The position numbers were made by a program, and so were the translations under genes. The notes under the pieces were generated by a model. It was not told where the DNA came from and did not search any database. It worked only from the letters and a program-made list of their open reading frames with translations. A DNA stretch of 64,000 bases, taken from NCBI RefSeq assembly GCF_009914755.1, contig NC_060928.1; one strand, given 5' to 3'. Of the stretch, positions 1 to 16,058 are shown one piece after another (positions within the stretch are counted from its first letter, which is position 1; every line of letters begins with the position of its first letter). The DNA is from the human T2T-CHM13v2.0 reference genome, Homo sapiens.

Positions 1-1482
1 CCCACCCCGGCCTCCTCTTCAATTCCTGTCATCAGTTACAGGGGTGAGCCCCCGCCCCGGCCTCCTCTTCAATTCCTGTCATCAGTTACAGGGGTGAGCC
101 CCCGCCCCGGCCTCCTCTTCAATTCCTGTCATCAGTTACAGGGGTGAGCCCCCGCCCCGGCCTCCTCTTCAATTCCTGTCATCAGTTACAGGGGTGAGCC
201 CCCGCCCCGGCCTCCTCTTCAACTCCTGTCATCAGTTACAGGGGTGAGCCCCCGCCCCGGCCTCCTCTTCAACTCCTGTCATCAGTTACAGGGGTGAGCC
301 CCCGCCCCGGCCTCCTCTTCAATTCCTGTCATCAGTTACAGGGGTGAGCCCCCGCCCCGGCCTCCTCTTCAATTCCTATCATCAGTTACAGGGGTGAGCC
401 CCCGCCCCGGCCTCCTCTTCAATTCCTGTCATCAGTTACAGGGGTGAGCCCCCGCCCCGACCTCCTCTTCAATTCCTGTCATCAGTTACAGGGGTGAGCC
501 CCCGCCCCGGCCTCCTCTTCAATTCCTGTCATCAGTTACAGGGGTGAGCCCCCGCCCCGGCCTCCTCTTCAATTCCTGTCATCAGTTACAGGGGTGAGCC
601 CCCGCCCCGGCCTCCTCTTCAATTCCTGTCATCAGTTACAGGGGTGAGCCCCCGCCCCGGCCTCCTCTTCAATTCCTATCATCAGTTACAGGGGTGAGCC
701 CCCACCCCGGCCTCCTCTTCAATTCCTGTCATCAGTTACAGGGGTGAGCCCCCGCCCCGGCCTCCTCTTCAATTCCTGTCATCAGTTACAGGGGTGAGCC
801 CCCGCCCCGGCCTCCTCTTCAATTCCTGTCATCAGTTACAGGGGTGAGCCCCCGCCCCGGCCTCCTCTTCAATTCCTGTCATCAGTTACAGGGGTGAGCC
901 CCCGCCCCGGCCTCCTCTTCAATTCCTGTCATCAGTTACAGGGGTGAGCCCCCGCCCCGGCCTCCTCTTCAACTCCTGTCATCAGTTACAGGGGTGAGCC
1001 CCCGCCCCGGCCTCCTCTTCAACTCCTGTCATCAGTTACAGGGGTGAGCCCCCGCCCCGGCCTCCTCTTCAATTCCTGTCATCAGTTACAGGGGTGAGCC
1101 CCCGCCCCGGCCTCCTCTTCAATTCCTGTCATCAGTTACAGGGGTGAGCCCCCGCCCCGACCTCCTCTTCAATTCCTGTCATCAGTTACAGGGGTGAGCC
1201 CCCGCCCCGGCCTCCTCTTCAATTCCTGTCATCAGTTACAGGGGTGAGCCCCCGCCCCGGCCTCCTCTTCAATTCCTGTCATCAGTTACAGGGGTGAGCC
1301 CCCGCCCCGGCCTCCTCTTCAATTCCTGTCATCAGTTACAGGGGTGAGCCACCGCCCCGGCCTCCTCTTCAATTCCTATCATCAGTTACAGGGGTGAGCC
1401 ACCGCCCCGGCCTCCTCTTCAATTCCTATCATCAGTTACAGGAGTGAGCCACCGCCCCGGCCTCCTCTTCAATTCCTGTCAT
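1..1482. repeat. 50-bp minisatellite/VNTR, ~29.6 copies visible, continues beyond the left edge
   Basis: Unit CCCGCCCCGGCCTCCTCTTCAATTCCTGTCATCAGTTACAGGGGTGAGCC recurs with an exact 50-bp period and few variants. Confidence 0.98.
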
Positions 1483-1550
1483 TGCTTTGTAGTTTTAATT
1501 GTAGAGATCTCTCCCTTATTTGGTGAATTCCTGGGTATTTAATTTTAACT
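1466..1550 (-). mobile_element. L1 fragment (antisense, ORF2/3' region-like)
   Basis: tcttcaattcctgtcattgctttgtagttttaattgtagagatctctcccttatttggtgaattcctgggtattt resembles recalled antisense L1 consensus (tcttcaatttctttcatcagtgttttatagttttcattgtagagatctttcac...). Confidence 0.65.
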
Positions 1551-1639
1551 ATTTATTTCGACTTGGACCTAACACTTTATTATGAGTGTCTGTTGAGGCC
1601 TCTCACGTGGTTCCTCTACCATCCCTTTCCTGTCTTCTG

Positions 1640-1856
1640 TCGGATTATTTCTATGTTGAAGTCTCCCACTTTAATTCTTCTACTGGGTTTTTTCACTACT
1701 TAAATTGTTTGTTTGTTTTAAGCAATCGTTCTGAAGATTGCAATCTACATGCTGAATTTGTCACAGTCTATTTATAGTTAATATTTGCCACTTAAAATGG
1801 GATGTAGAGAACTTCGCACCACAACCAGATTGCTCCCTTATACAGAAAGTTGTCTC
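1640..1856 (-). mobile_element. Old L1M fragment, left flank of the 46-bp array
   Basis: AT-rich; aatttgtcacagtctatttatagttaatatt aligns with aatttgtcgtggtctgctttcaagtgatatt in the second L1M of this window (~56670-56700). Confidence 0.6.
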
Positions 1857-4800
1857 ATTATTACATCTATATACACTCACAACTTCCCCCGGTGTTATAA
1901 TCATCATTACATCTATATACACTCACAACTTCCCCCGGTGTTATAATCATTATTACATCTATATACACTCACAACTTCCCCCGGTATTATAATCAACATT
2001 ACATCTATATACACTCACAACTTCCCCCGGTGTTATAATCATCATTATATCTATATACACTCACAACTTCCCCGGGTGTTATAATCATCATTACATCTAT
2101 ATATACTCACAACTTCCCCCGGTGTCATAATCATCATTACATCTATATACACTCACAACTTCCCCCGGTGTTATAATCATCATTACAACTATATACACTC
2201 ACAACTTCCCCCGGTGTTATAATCATCACTACATCTATATACACTCACAACTTCCCCCGGTGTTATAATCATCATTACATCTATATACACTCACAACTTC
2301 CCCCCGGTGTTATAATCATCATTACATCCATATACACTCACAACTTCCCCCGGTGTTATAATCATCACTACATCTATATACACTCACAACTTCCCCCGGT
2401 GTTATAATCATCATTACATCTATATACACTCACAACTTCCCCCGGTGTCATAATCATCACTACATCTATATACACTCACAACTTCCCCCGGTGTCATAAT
2501 CATCATTACATCTACATACACTCACAACTTCCCCCGGTGTTACAATCATCACTACATCTATATACACTCACAACTTCCCCCGGTGTTATAATCATCATTA
2601 CATCTATATACACTCACAACTTCCCCCGGTGTTATAATCATCATTACATCTATATACACTCACAACTTCCCCCGGTGTTATAATCATCATTACATCTATA
2701 TACACTCACAACTTCCCCCGGTGTTATAATCATCATTACATCCATATACACTCACAACTTCCCCCGGTGTTACAATCATCATTACATCTATATACACTCA
2801 CAACTTCCCCCGGTGTTATAATCATCATTACATCTATATACACTCACTACTTCCCCCGGAGTTATAATCATCACTACATCTATATACACTCACAACTTCC
2901 CCCGGTGTTATAATCATCATTACATCTATATACACTCACAACTTCCCCCGGTGTTATAATCATCATTACATCTATATACACTCACAACTTCCCCCGGTGT
3001 TATAATCATCATTACATCTATATACACTCACAACTTCCCCCGGTGTTATAATCATCATTACATCTATATACACTCACAACTTCCCCCGGTGTTATAATCA
3101 TCATTACATCTATATACACTCACAACTTCCCCCGGTGTTATAATCATCATTACATCTATATACACTCACAACTTCCCCCCGGTGTTATAATCATCATTAC
3201 ATCTACATACACTCACAACTTCCCCCGGTGTTATAATCATCACTACATCTATATACACTCACAACTTCCCCGGGTGTTATAATCATCATTACATCTATAT
3301 ACACTCACAACTTCCCCCGGTGTTATAATCATCATTACATCTATATACACTCACAACTTCCCCCGGTGTTATAATCATCATTACATCTATATACACTCAC
3401 AACTTCCCCCGGTGTTATAATCATCACTACATCTATATACACTCACAACTTCCCCCGGTGTTATAATCATCATTACATCTATATACACTCACTACTTCCC
3501 CCGGTGTTATAATCATCATTACATCTATATACACTCACAACTTCCCCCGGTGTCATAATCATCATTACATCTACATACACTCACAACTTCCCCCCGGTGT
3601 TATAATCATCATTACATCTACATACACTCACAACTTCCCCCGGTGTTATAATCATCACTACATCTATATACACTCACAACTTCCCCCGGTGTTATAATCA
3701 TCATTACATCTATATACACTCACTACTTCCCCCGGTGTTATAATCATCATTACATCTATATACACTCACAACTTCCCCCGGTGTCATAATCATCATTACA
3801 TCTCTATACACTCACAACTTCCCCCCGGTGTTATAATCATCATTACATCTACATACACTCACAACTTCCCCCGGTGTTATAATCATCATTACATCTATAT
3901 ACACTCACAACTTCCCCCGGTGTTATAATCATCACTACATCTATATACACTCACAACTTCCCCCGGTGTTATAATCATCATTACATCTATATACACTCAC
4001 AACTTCCCCCGGTGTTATAATCATCATTACATCTATATACACTCACAACTTCCCCCGGTGTTATAATCATCATTACATCTATATACACTCACAACTTCCC
4101 CCGGTGTTATAATCATCATTACATCTATATACACTCACAACTTCCCCCGGTGTTATAATCATCATTACATCTATATACACTCACTACTTCCCCCGGTGTC
4201 ATAATCATCATTACATCTATATACACTCACAACTTCCCCCGGTGTTATAATCATCATTACATCTATATACACCCCCAACTTCCCCCGGTGTTATAATCAT
4301 GATTACATCTATATACACTCACAACTTCCCCGGGTGTTATAATCATTATTACATCTATATACACTCACTACTTCCCCCGGTGTTATAATCATTATTACAT
4401 CTATATACACTCACTACTTCCCCCGGTGTCATAATCATCATTACATCTATATACACTCACAACTTCCCCCGGTGTTATAATCATCATTACATCTATATAC
4501 ACTCACAACTTCCCCCGGTGTCATAATCATCATTACATCTATATACACTCACAACTTCCCCCGGTGTCATAATCATCATTACATCTATATACACTCACAA
4601 CTTCCCCGGTGTTATAATCATCATTACATCTATATACACTCACAACTTCCCCCGGTGTTACAATCATCATTACATCTATATACACTCACAACTTCCCCCG
4701 GTGATATAATCATTATTACATCTATATACACTCACAACTTCCCCCGGTGTTATAATCATCATTACACCTATATACACTCACAACTTCCCCCGGTGTTACA

Positions 4801-7800
4801 ATCATCATTACATCTATATACACTCACAACTTCCCCCGGTGTTACAATCATCATTACATCTATATACACTCACAACTTCCCCGGTGTTATAATCATCATT
4901 ACATCTATATACACTCACAACTTCCCCCGGTGTTATAATCATCATTACATCTATATACACTCACAACTTCCCCCGGTGTTACAATCATCATTACATCTAT
5001 ATACACTCACAACTTCCCCCGGTGATATAATCATTATTACATCTATATACACTCACAACTTCCCCCGGTGTTATAATCATCATTACACCTATATACACTC
5101 ACAACTTCCCCCGGTGTTACAATCATCATTACATCTATATACACTCACAACTTCCCCCGGTGTTACAATCATCATTACATCTATATACACTCACAACTTC
5201 CCCGGTGTTATAATCATCATTACATCTATATACACTCACAACTTCCCCGGTGTTATAATCATCATTACATCTATATACACTCACAACTTCCCCCGGTGTC
5301 ATAATCATCATTACATCTATATACACTCACAACTTCCCCCGGTGTTATAATCATCATTACATCTATATACACTCACAACTTCCCCCGGTGTCATAATCAT
5401 CATTACATCTATATACACTCACAACTTCCCCGGTGTTATAATCATCATTACATCTATATACACTCACAACTTCCCCCGGTGTTATAATCATCATTACATC
5501 TATATACACTCACTACTTCCCCCGGTGTTATAATCATCATTACATCTATATACACTCACAACTTCCCCGGGTGTTATAATCATCATTACATCTATATACA
5601 CTCACAACTTCGCCCGGTGTCATAATCATCATTACATCTATATACACTCACAACTTCCCCCGGTGTCATAATCATCATTACATCTATATACACTCACAAC
5701 TTCCCCCGGTGTCATAATCATCATTACACCTATATACACTCACAACTTCCCCCGGTGTTACAATCATCATTACATCTATATACACTCACAACTTCCCCCG
5801 GTGTTATAATCATCATTACATCTATATACACTCACAACTTCCCCCGGTGTTATAATCATCATTACATCTATATACACTCACAACTTCCCCCGGTGTCATA
5901 ATCATCATTACATCTATATACACTCACAACTTCCCCCGGTGTCATAATCATCATTACATCTATATACACTCACAACTTCCCCCGGTGTCATAATCATTAT
6001 TACAGCTATATACACTCACAACTTCCCCCGGTGTTATAATCATCATTACATCTATATACACTCACAACTTCCCCCGGTGTCATAATCATCATTACATCTA
6101 TATACACTCACTACTTCCCCCGGTGTCATAATCATCATTACATCTATATACACTCACAACTTCCCCCGGTGTCATAATCATCATTACATCTATATACACT
6201 CACAACTTCTCCCGGTGTCATAATCATCATTACATCTATATACACTCACTACTTCCCCCGGTGTTATAATCGTCATTACACCTATATACACTCACTACTT
6301 CCCCCGGTGTCATAATCGTCATTACATCTATATACACTCACAACTTCTCCCGGTGTCATAATCATCATTACATCTATATACACTCACAACTTCTCCCGGT
6401 GTCATAATCATCATTACATCTATATACACTCACAACTTCCCCCGGTGTCATAATCATCATTACATCTATATACACTCACAACTTCTCCCGGTGTCATAAT
6501 CATCATTACATCTATATACACTCACAAGTTCCCCCGGTGTCATAATCATCATTACATCTATATACACTCACTACTTCCCCCGGTGTCATAATCATCATTA
6601 CATCTATATACACTCACAACTTCCCCCGGTGTTATAATCATCATTACATCTATATACACTCACAACTTCCCCCGGTGTTATAATCATCATTACATCTATA
6701 TACACTCACAACTTCCCCCGGTGTTATAATCATCATTACATCTATATACACTCACAACTTCCCCCGGTGTCATAATCATTATTACAGCTATATACACTCA
6801 CTACTTCCCCCGGTGTCATAATCATCATTACATCTATATACACTCACAACTTCCCCCGGTGTCATAATCATCATTACATCTATATACACTCACAACTTCT
6901 CCCGGTGTCATAATCATCATTACATCTATATACACTCACTACTTCCCCCGGTGTTATAATCGTCATTACACCTATATACACTCACTACTTCCCCCGGTGT
7001 CATAATCGTCATTACATCTATATACACTCACAACTTCTCCCGGTGTCATAATCATCATTACATCTATATACACTCACAACTTCTCCCGGTGTCATAATCA
7101 TCATTACATCTATATACACTCACAACTTCCCCCGGTGTCATAATCATCATTACATCTATATACACTCACAACTTCTCCCGGTGTCATAATCATCATTACA
7201 TCTATATACACTCACAACTTCCCCCGGTGTCATAATCATCATTACATCTATATACACTCACTACTTCCCCCGGTGTCATAATCATCATTACATCTATATA
7301 CACTCACAACTTCCCCCGGTGTTATAATCATCATTACATCTATATACACTCACAACTTCCCCCGGTGTTATAATCATCATTACATCTATATACACTCACA
7401 ACTTCCCCCGGTGTTATAATCATCATTACATCTATATACACTCACAACTTCCCCCGGTGTTATAATCATCACTACATCTATATACACTCACAACTTCCCC
7501 CGGTGTTATAATCATCATTACATCTATATACACTCACAACTTCCCCCGGTGTCATAATCATCATTACATCTATATACACTCACTACTTCCCCCGGTGTTA
7601 TAATCATCATTACATCTATATACACTCACAACTTCCCCCGGTGTTATAATCATTATTACATCTATATACACTCACAACTTCCCCCGGTGTCATAATCATT
7701 ATTACATCTATATACACTCACTACTTCCCCCGGTGTTATAATCATCATTACATCTATATACACTCACAACTTCCCCCGGTGTTATAATCATTATTACATC

Positions 7801-10800
7801 TATATACACTCACAACTTCCCCCGGTGTCATAATCATTATTACATGTATATACACTCACAACTTCCCCCGGTGTTATAATCATCATTACATCTATATACA
7901 CTCACAACTTCCCCCGGTGTTATAATCATCATTACATCTATATACACTCACAACTTCCCCCGGTGTCATAATCATCATTACATCTATATACACTCACAAC
8001 TTCCCCCGGTGTCATAATCATCATTACATCTATATACACTCACAACTTCCCCCGGTGTCATAATCATTATTACACCTATATACACTCACTACTTCCCCCG
8101 GTGTCATAATCATCATTACATCTATATACACTCACAACTTCCCCCGGTGTCATAATCATCATTACATCTATATACACTCACAACTTCTCCCGGTGTCATA
8201 ATCATCATTACATCTATATACACTCACAACATCCCCCGGTGTCATAATCATCATTACACCTATATACACTCACTACTTCCCCCGGTGTCATAATCATCAT
8301 TACATCTATATACACTCACAACTTCCCCCGGTGTCATAATCATCATTACATCTATATACACTCACAACTTCCCCCGGTGTTACAATCATCATTACATCTA
8401 TATACACTCACTACTTCCCCCGGTGTCATAATCATCATTACATCCATATACACTCACAACTTCCCCCGGTGTTATAATCATCATTACATCTATATACACT
8501 CACAACTTCCCCCGGTGTTGTAATCATCATTACATCTGTATACACTCACAACTTCCCCCGGTGTTATAATCATCATTACATCTATATACACTCACAACTT
8601 CCCCCGGTGTTATAATCATCATTACATCTATATACACTCACAACTTCCCCCGGTGTCATAATCATCATTACATCTATATACACTCACAACTTCCCCCGGT
8701 GTTATAATCATCATTACATCTATATACACTCACAACTTCCCCGGTGTTATAATCATCATTACACCTATATACACTCACAACTTCCCCCGGTGTCATAATC
8801 ATCATTACATCTATATACACTCACAACTTCCCCCGGTGTCATAATCATCATTACATCTATATACACTCACAACTTCCCCCGGTGTCATAATCATCATTAC
8901 ATCTATATACACTCACAACTTCCCCCGGTGTTATAATCATCATTACATCTATATACACTCACAACTTCCCCCGGTGTTATAATCATCATTACATCTATAT
9001 ACACTCACAACTTCCCCCGGTGTTATAATCATCGTTACACTTATATACACTCACAACTTCCCCCGGTGTCATAATCATCATTACATCTATATACACTCAC
9101 AACTTCCCCCGGTGTCATAATCATCATTACATCTATATACACTCACAACTTCCCCCGGTGTCATAATCATTATTACACCTATATACACTCACTACTTCCC
9201 CCGGTGTCATAATCATCATTACATCTATATACACTCACAACTTCCCCCGGTGTTATAATCATTATTACATCTATATACACTCACAACTTCCCCCGGTGTC
9301 ATAATCATCATTACACCTATATACACTCACTACTTCCTCCGGTGTCATAATCATCATTACATCTATATACACTCACAACTTCCCCCGGTGTTATAATCAT
9401 CATTACATCTATATACACTCACAACTTCCCCCGGTGATATAATCATTATTACATCTATATACACTCACAACTTCCCCCGGTGTTATAATCATCATTACAT
9501 CTATATACACTCACAACTTCCCCCGGTGTTATAATCATCATTACATCTATATACACTCACAACTTCCCCCGGTGTCATAATCATCATTACATCTATATAC
9601 ACTCACAACTTCCCCGGTGTTATAATCATCATTACATCTATATACACTCACTACTTCCCCCGGTGTCATAATCATCATTACATCTATATACACTCACAAC
9701 TTCCCCCGGTGTCATAATCATCATTACATCTATATACACTCACAACTTCTCCCGGTGTCATAATCATCATTACATCTATATACACTCACAACTTCCCCCG
9801 GTGTCATAATCGTCATTACACCTATATACACTCACTACTTCCCCCGGTGTCATAATCATCATTACATCTATATACACTCACAACTTCCCCCGGTGTTATA
9901 ATCATCATTACATCTATATACACTCACAACTTCCCCCGGTGTTATAATCATCATTACATCTATATACACTCACAACTTCCCCCGGTGTTATAATCATCAT
10001 TACATCTATATACACTCACAACTTCCCCCGGTGTCATAATCATCATTACATCTATATACACTGACAACTTCCCCCGGTGTCATAATCATCATTACATCTA
10101 TATACACTCACAACTTCCCCCGGTGTCATAATCATTATTACACCTATATACACTCACTACTTCCCCCGGTGTCATAATCATCATTACATCTATATACACT
10201 CACAACTTCCCCCGGTGTCATAATCATCATTACATCTATATACACTCACAACTTCTCCCGGTGTCATAATCATCATTACATGTATATACACTCACAACTT
10301 CCCCCGGTGTTACAATCATCATTACATCTATATACACTCACAACTTCCCCCGGTGTTATAATCATTATTACATCTATATACACTCACAACTTCCCCCGGT
10401 GTTATAATCATCATTACATCTATATACACTCACAACTTCCCCCGGTGTTATAATCATCATTACATCTATATACACTCACAACTTCCCCCGGTGTCATAAT
10501 CATCATTACATCTATATACACTCACAACTTCCCCGGTGTTATAATCATCATTACATCTATATACACTCACAACTTCCCCCGGTGTTATAATCATCATTAC
10601 ATCTATATACACTCACTACTTCCCCCGGTGTTATAATCATCATTACATCTATATACACTCACAACTTCCCCCGGTGTCATAATCATCATTACATCTATAT
10701 ACACTCACAACTTCCCCCGGTGTCATAATCATCATTACATCTATATACACTCACAACTTCCCCCGGTGTCATAATCATCATTACATCTATATACACTCAC

Positions 10801-13800
10801 AACTTCCCCCGGTGTCATAATCATTATTACACCTATATACACTCACTACTTCCCCCGGTGTCTTAATCATCATTACATCTATATACACTCACAACTTCCC
10901 CCGGTGTCATAATCATCATTACATCTATATACACTCACATCTTCTCCCGGTGTCATAATCATCATTACATCTATATACACTCACAACTTCCCCCGGTGTT
11001 ATAATCGTCATTACACCTATATACACTCACTACTTCCCCCGGTGTCATAATCATCATTACATCTATATACACTCACAACTTCCCCCGGTGTCATAATCAT
11101 CATTACATCTATATACACTCACAACTTCCCCCGGTGTTATAATCATCATTACATCTATATACACTCACAACTTCCCCCGGTGTTATAATCATCATTACAT
11201 CTATATACACTCACAACTTCCCCCGGTGTTATAATCATCACTACATCTATATACACTCACAACTTCCCCCGGTGTCATAATCATCATTACATCTATATAC
11301 ACTCACAACTTCCCCCGGTGTCATAATCATCATTACATCTATATACACTCACAACTTCCCCCGGTGTTATAATCATCATTACATCTATATACACTCACAA
11401 CTTCCCCCGGTGTTATAATCATTATTACATCTATATACACTCACAACTTCCCCCGGTGTCATAATCATCATTACATCTATATACACTCACTACTTCCCCC
11501 GGTGTTATAATCATCATTACATCTATATACACTCACAACTTCCCCCGGTGTTATAATCATTATTACATCTATATACACTCACAACTTCCCCCGGTGTCAT
11601 AATCATCATTACATCTATATACACTCACAACTTCCCCCGGTGTTATAATCATCATTACATCTATATACACTCACAACTTCCCCCGGTGTTGTAATCATCA
11701 TTACATCTATATACACTCACAACTTCCCCCGGTGTCATAATCATCATTACATCTATATACACTCACAACTTCCCCCGGTGTCATAATCATCATTACATCT
11801 ATATACACTCACAACTTCCCCCGGTGTCATAATCATTATTACACCTATATACACTCACTACTTCCCCCGGTGTCATAATCATCATTACATCTATATACAC
11901 TCACAACTTCCCCCGGTGTCATAATCATCATTACATCTATATACACTCACAACTTCTCCCGGTGTCATAATCATCATTACATCTATATACACTCACAACT
12001 TCCCCCGGTGTCATAATCATCATTACACCTATATACACTCACTACTTCCCCCGGTGTCATAATCATCATTACATCTATATACACTCACAACTTCCCCCGG
12101 TGTCATAATCATCATTACATCTATATACACTCACAACTTCCCCCGGTGTTACAATCATCATTACATCTATATACACTCACTACTTCCCCCGGTGTTATAA
12201 TCATCATTACATCCATATACACTCACAACTTCCCCCGGTGTTATAATCATCATTACATCTATATACACTCACAACTTCCCCCGGTGTTATAATCATCATT
12301 ACATCTGTATACACTCACAACTTCCCCCGGTGTTATAATCATCATTACATCTATATACACTCACAACTTCCCCCGGTGTTATAATCATCATTACATCTAT
12401 ATACACTCACAACTTCCCCCGGTGTTATAATCATCATTACATCTATATACACTCACAACTTCCCCCGGTGTTATAATCATCATTACATCTATATACACTC
12501 ACAACTTCCCCCGGTGTTATAATCATCATTACACCTATATACACTCACAACTTCCCCCGGTGTCATAATCATCATTACATCTATATACACTCACAACTTC
12601 CCCCGGTGTCATAATCATCATTACATCTATATACACTCACAACTTCCCCCGGTGTTATAATCATCATTACATCTATATACACTCACAACTTCCCCCGGTG
12701 TTATAATCATCATTACATCTATATACACTCACAACTTCCCCCGGTGTTATAATCATCATTACATCTATATACACTCACAACTTCCCCCGGTGTTATAATC
12801 ATCATTACATCTATATACACTCACAACTTCCCCCGGTGTTATAATCATCGTTACACCTATATACACTCACAACTTCCCCCGGTGTCATAATCATCATTAC
12901 ATCTATATACACTCACAACTTCCCCCGGTGTCATAATCATCATTACATCTATATACACTCACAACTTCCCCCGGTGTCATAATCATTATTACACCTATAT
13001 ACACTCACTACTTCCCCCGGTGTCATAATCATCATTACATCTATATACACTCACAACTTCCCCCGGTGTTATAATCATTATTACATCTATATACACTCAC
13101 AACTTCCCCCGGTGTCATAATCATCATTACACCTATATACACTCACTACTTCCCCCGGTGTCATAATCATCATTACATCTATATACACTCACAACTTCCC
13201 CCGGTGTCATAATCATCATTACATCTATATACACTCACAACTTCCCCCGGTGTTACAATCATCATTACATCTATATACACTCACTACTTCCCCCGGTGTC
13301 ATAATCATCATTACATCCATATACACTCACAACTTCCCCCGGTGTTATAATCATCATTACATCTATATACACTCACAACTTCCCCCGGTGTTATAATCAT
13401 CATTACATCTGTATACACTCACAACTTCCCCCGGTGTTATAATCATCATTACATCTGTATACACTCACAACTTCCCCCGGTGTTATAATCATCATTACAT
13501 CTATATACACTCACAACTTCCCCCGGTGTTATAATCATCATTACATCTATATACACTCACAACTTCCCCCGGTGTTATAATCATCATTACATCTATATAC
13601 ACTCACAACTTCCCCCGGTGTTATAATCATCATTACATCTATATACACTCACAACATCCCCCGGTGTTATAATCATCATTACATCTATATACACTCACAA
13701 CTTCCCCCGGTGTTACAATCATCATTACATCTGTATACACTCACAACTTCCCCCGGTGTTATAATCATCGTTACATCTATATACACTCACAACTTCCCCC

Positions 13801-13986
13801 GGTGTTATAATCATCGTTACACCTATATACACTCACAACTTCCCCCGGTGTTATAATCATCGTTACATCTATATACACTCACAACTTCCCCCGGTGTTAT
13901 AATCATCATTACATCTATATACATTCATAATTTCATAATAATCATTATTACATCTATATACACTCATAACTTCCCCAGTGTTATGA
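1857..13986. repeat. 46-bp minisatellite/VNTR, ~263 copies, ~12.1 kb
   Basis: Unit TCATCATTACATCTATATACACTCACAACTTCCCCCGGTGTTATAA; variants include C-run length, TTATAA/TCATAA/TTACAA and CAAC/CTAC; terminal units at 13920-13986 are degenerate. Confidence 0.99.
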
Positions 13987-14152
13987 TTTTTGCCCTTAAC
14001 TCATTACTCTCAGGTATCATGCATGCTTTAACAACGTAAGAAGAAAAAATAATATTTTACCTTCACCGATATATTTATATTTTCTGCAGTTCCAAGTTTC
14101 CTTCTGGAATCATTTCCATTCTGCCTGAAGAACCCTCTTTCACATTTCTATA

Positions 14153-14489
<337 letters not shown>

Positions 14490-14581
14490 TGAAAAATTCT
14501 CTTTATTTTCCCTCATTTGAGAATGTCTTTAGTTTACTTAATTCCTAAAGGACATTTTTGCTGTACAGACTTCTTGGTTGA

Positions 14582-14909
<328 letters not shown>

Positions 14910-14910
14910 A

Positions 14911-15044
14911 CTTTTTGTATTTTTAATGGAGACAGGGTTTCACCACGATGGGCAGCCTGGTCTCGAACTTCTGACCTCTAGTGATCCACCCACCTCAGGC
15001 TCCCAAAGTGCTGGGATTACAGGCGTGAGCCACCGTGCCCGGCC
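14911..15044 (-). mobile_element. Extra Alu left monomer (AluS-like) abutting the AluY
   Basis: tttttgtatttttaatggagacagggtttcacc...gtgagccaccgtgcccggcc. Confidence 0.9.
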
Positions 15045-15417
15045 TGACCACTAGTTTCTTTTCGCACTTAACAACACTGGCCGACTGCCTTAGGCGCCCA
15101 TGCTCTCTAATGAGAAATCCACAGGCTTTCAAACCCAAGTTTCCCTCTGGCCGTGCACCGTTCTTCTCTGGCTGCCTTCGAGGCATTTTCTTTGTCTTTG
15201 GTTTTTGGTAGTTTGATTGATGTTTCTGGGTATGGATTTTTCTGAGTTTATCCTCTCTGAAGTTCACTGAGCTTCTTTGAATCTATAAATTTATGACTTT
15301 TCAGCAGATTTTATACTCTATTTCTTTGAATATTTCTGTTTTCTCATTTCCTTCTGGGACTCCAGTGACACAAAACTTAGACCATTTCATAGCATCATGT
15401 AGGACCCTGGGGCTCTG

Positions 15418-16058
<641 letters not shown>

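Noticed and set aside
4655-5350. 231-aa ORF
   Set aside because: Lies wholly in the 46-bp VNTR; open only because TATAA>TACAA variants and 1-nt deletions skip stops; no ATG start.
1-13986. CRISPR-like arrays
   Set aside because: Units are head-to-tail with no unique spacers, there are no cas genes, and the context is a primate genome.
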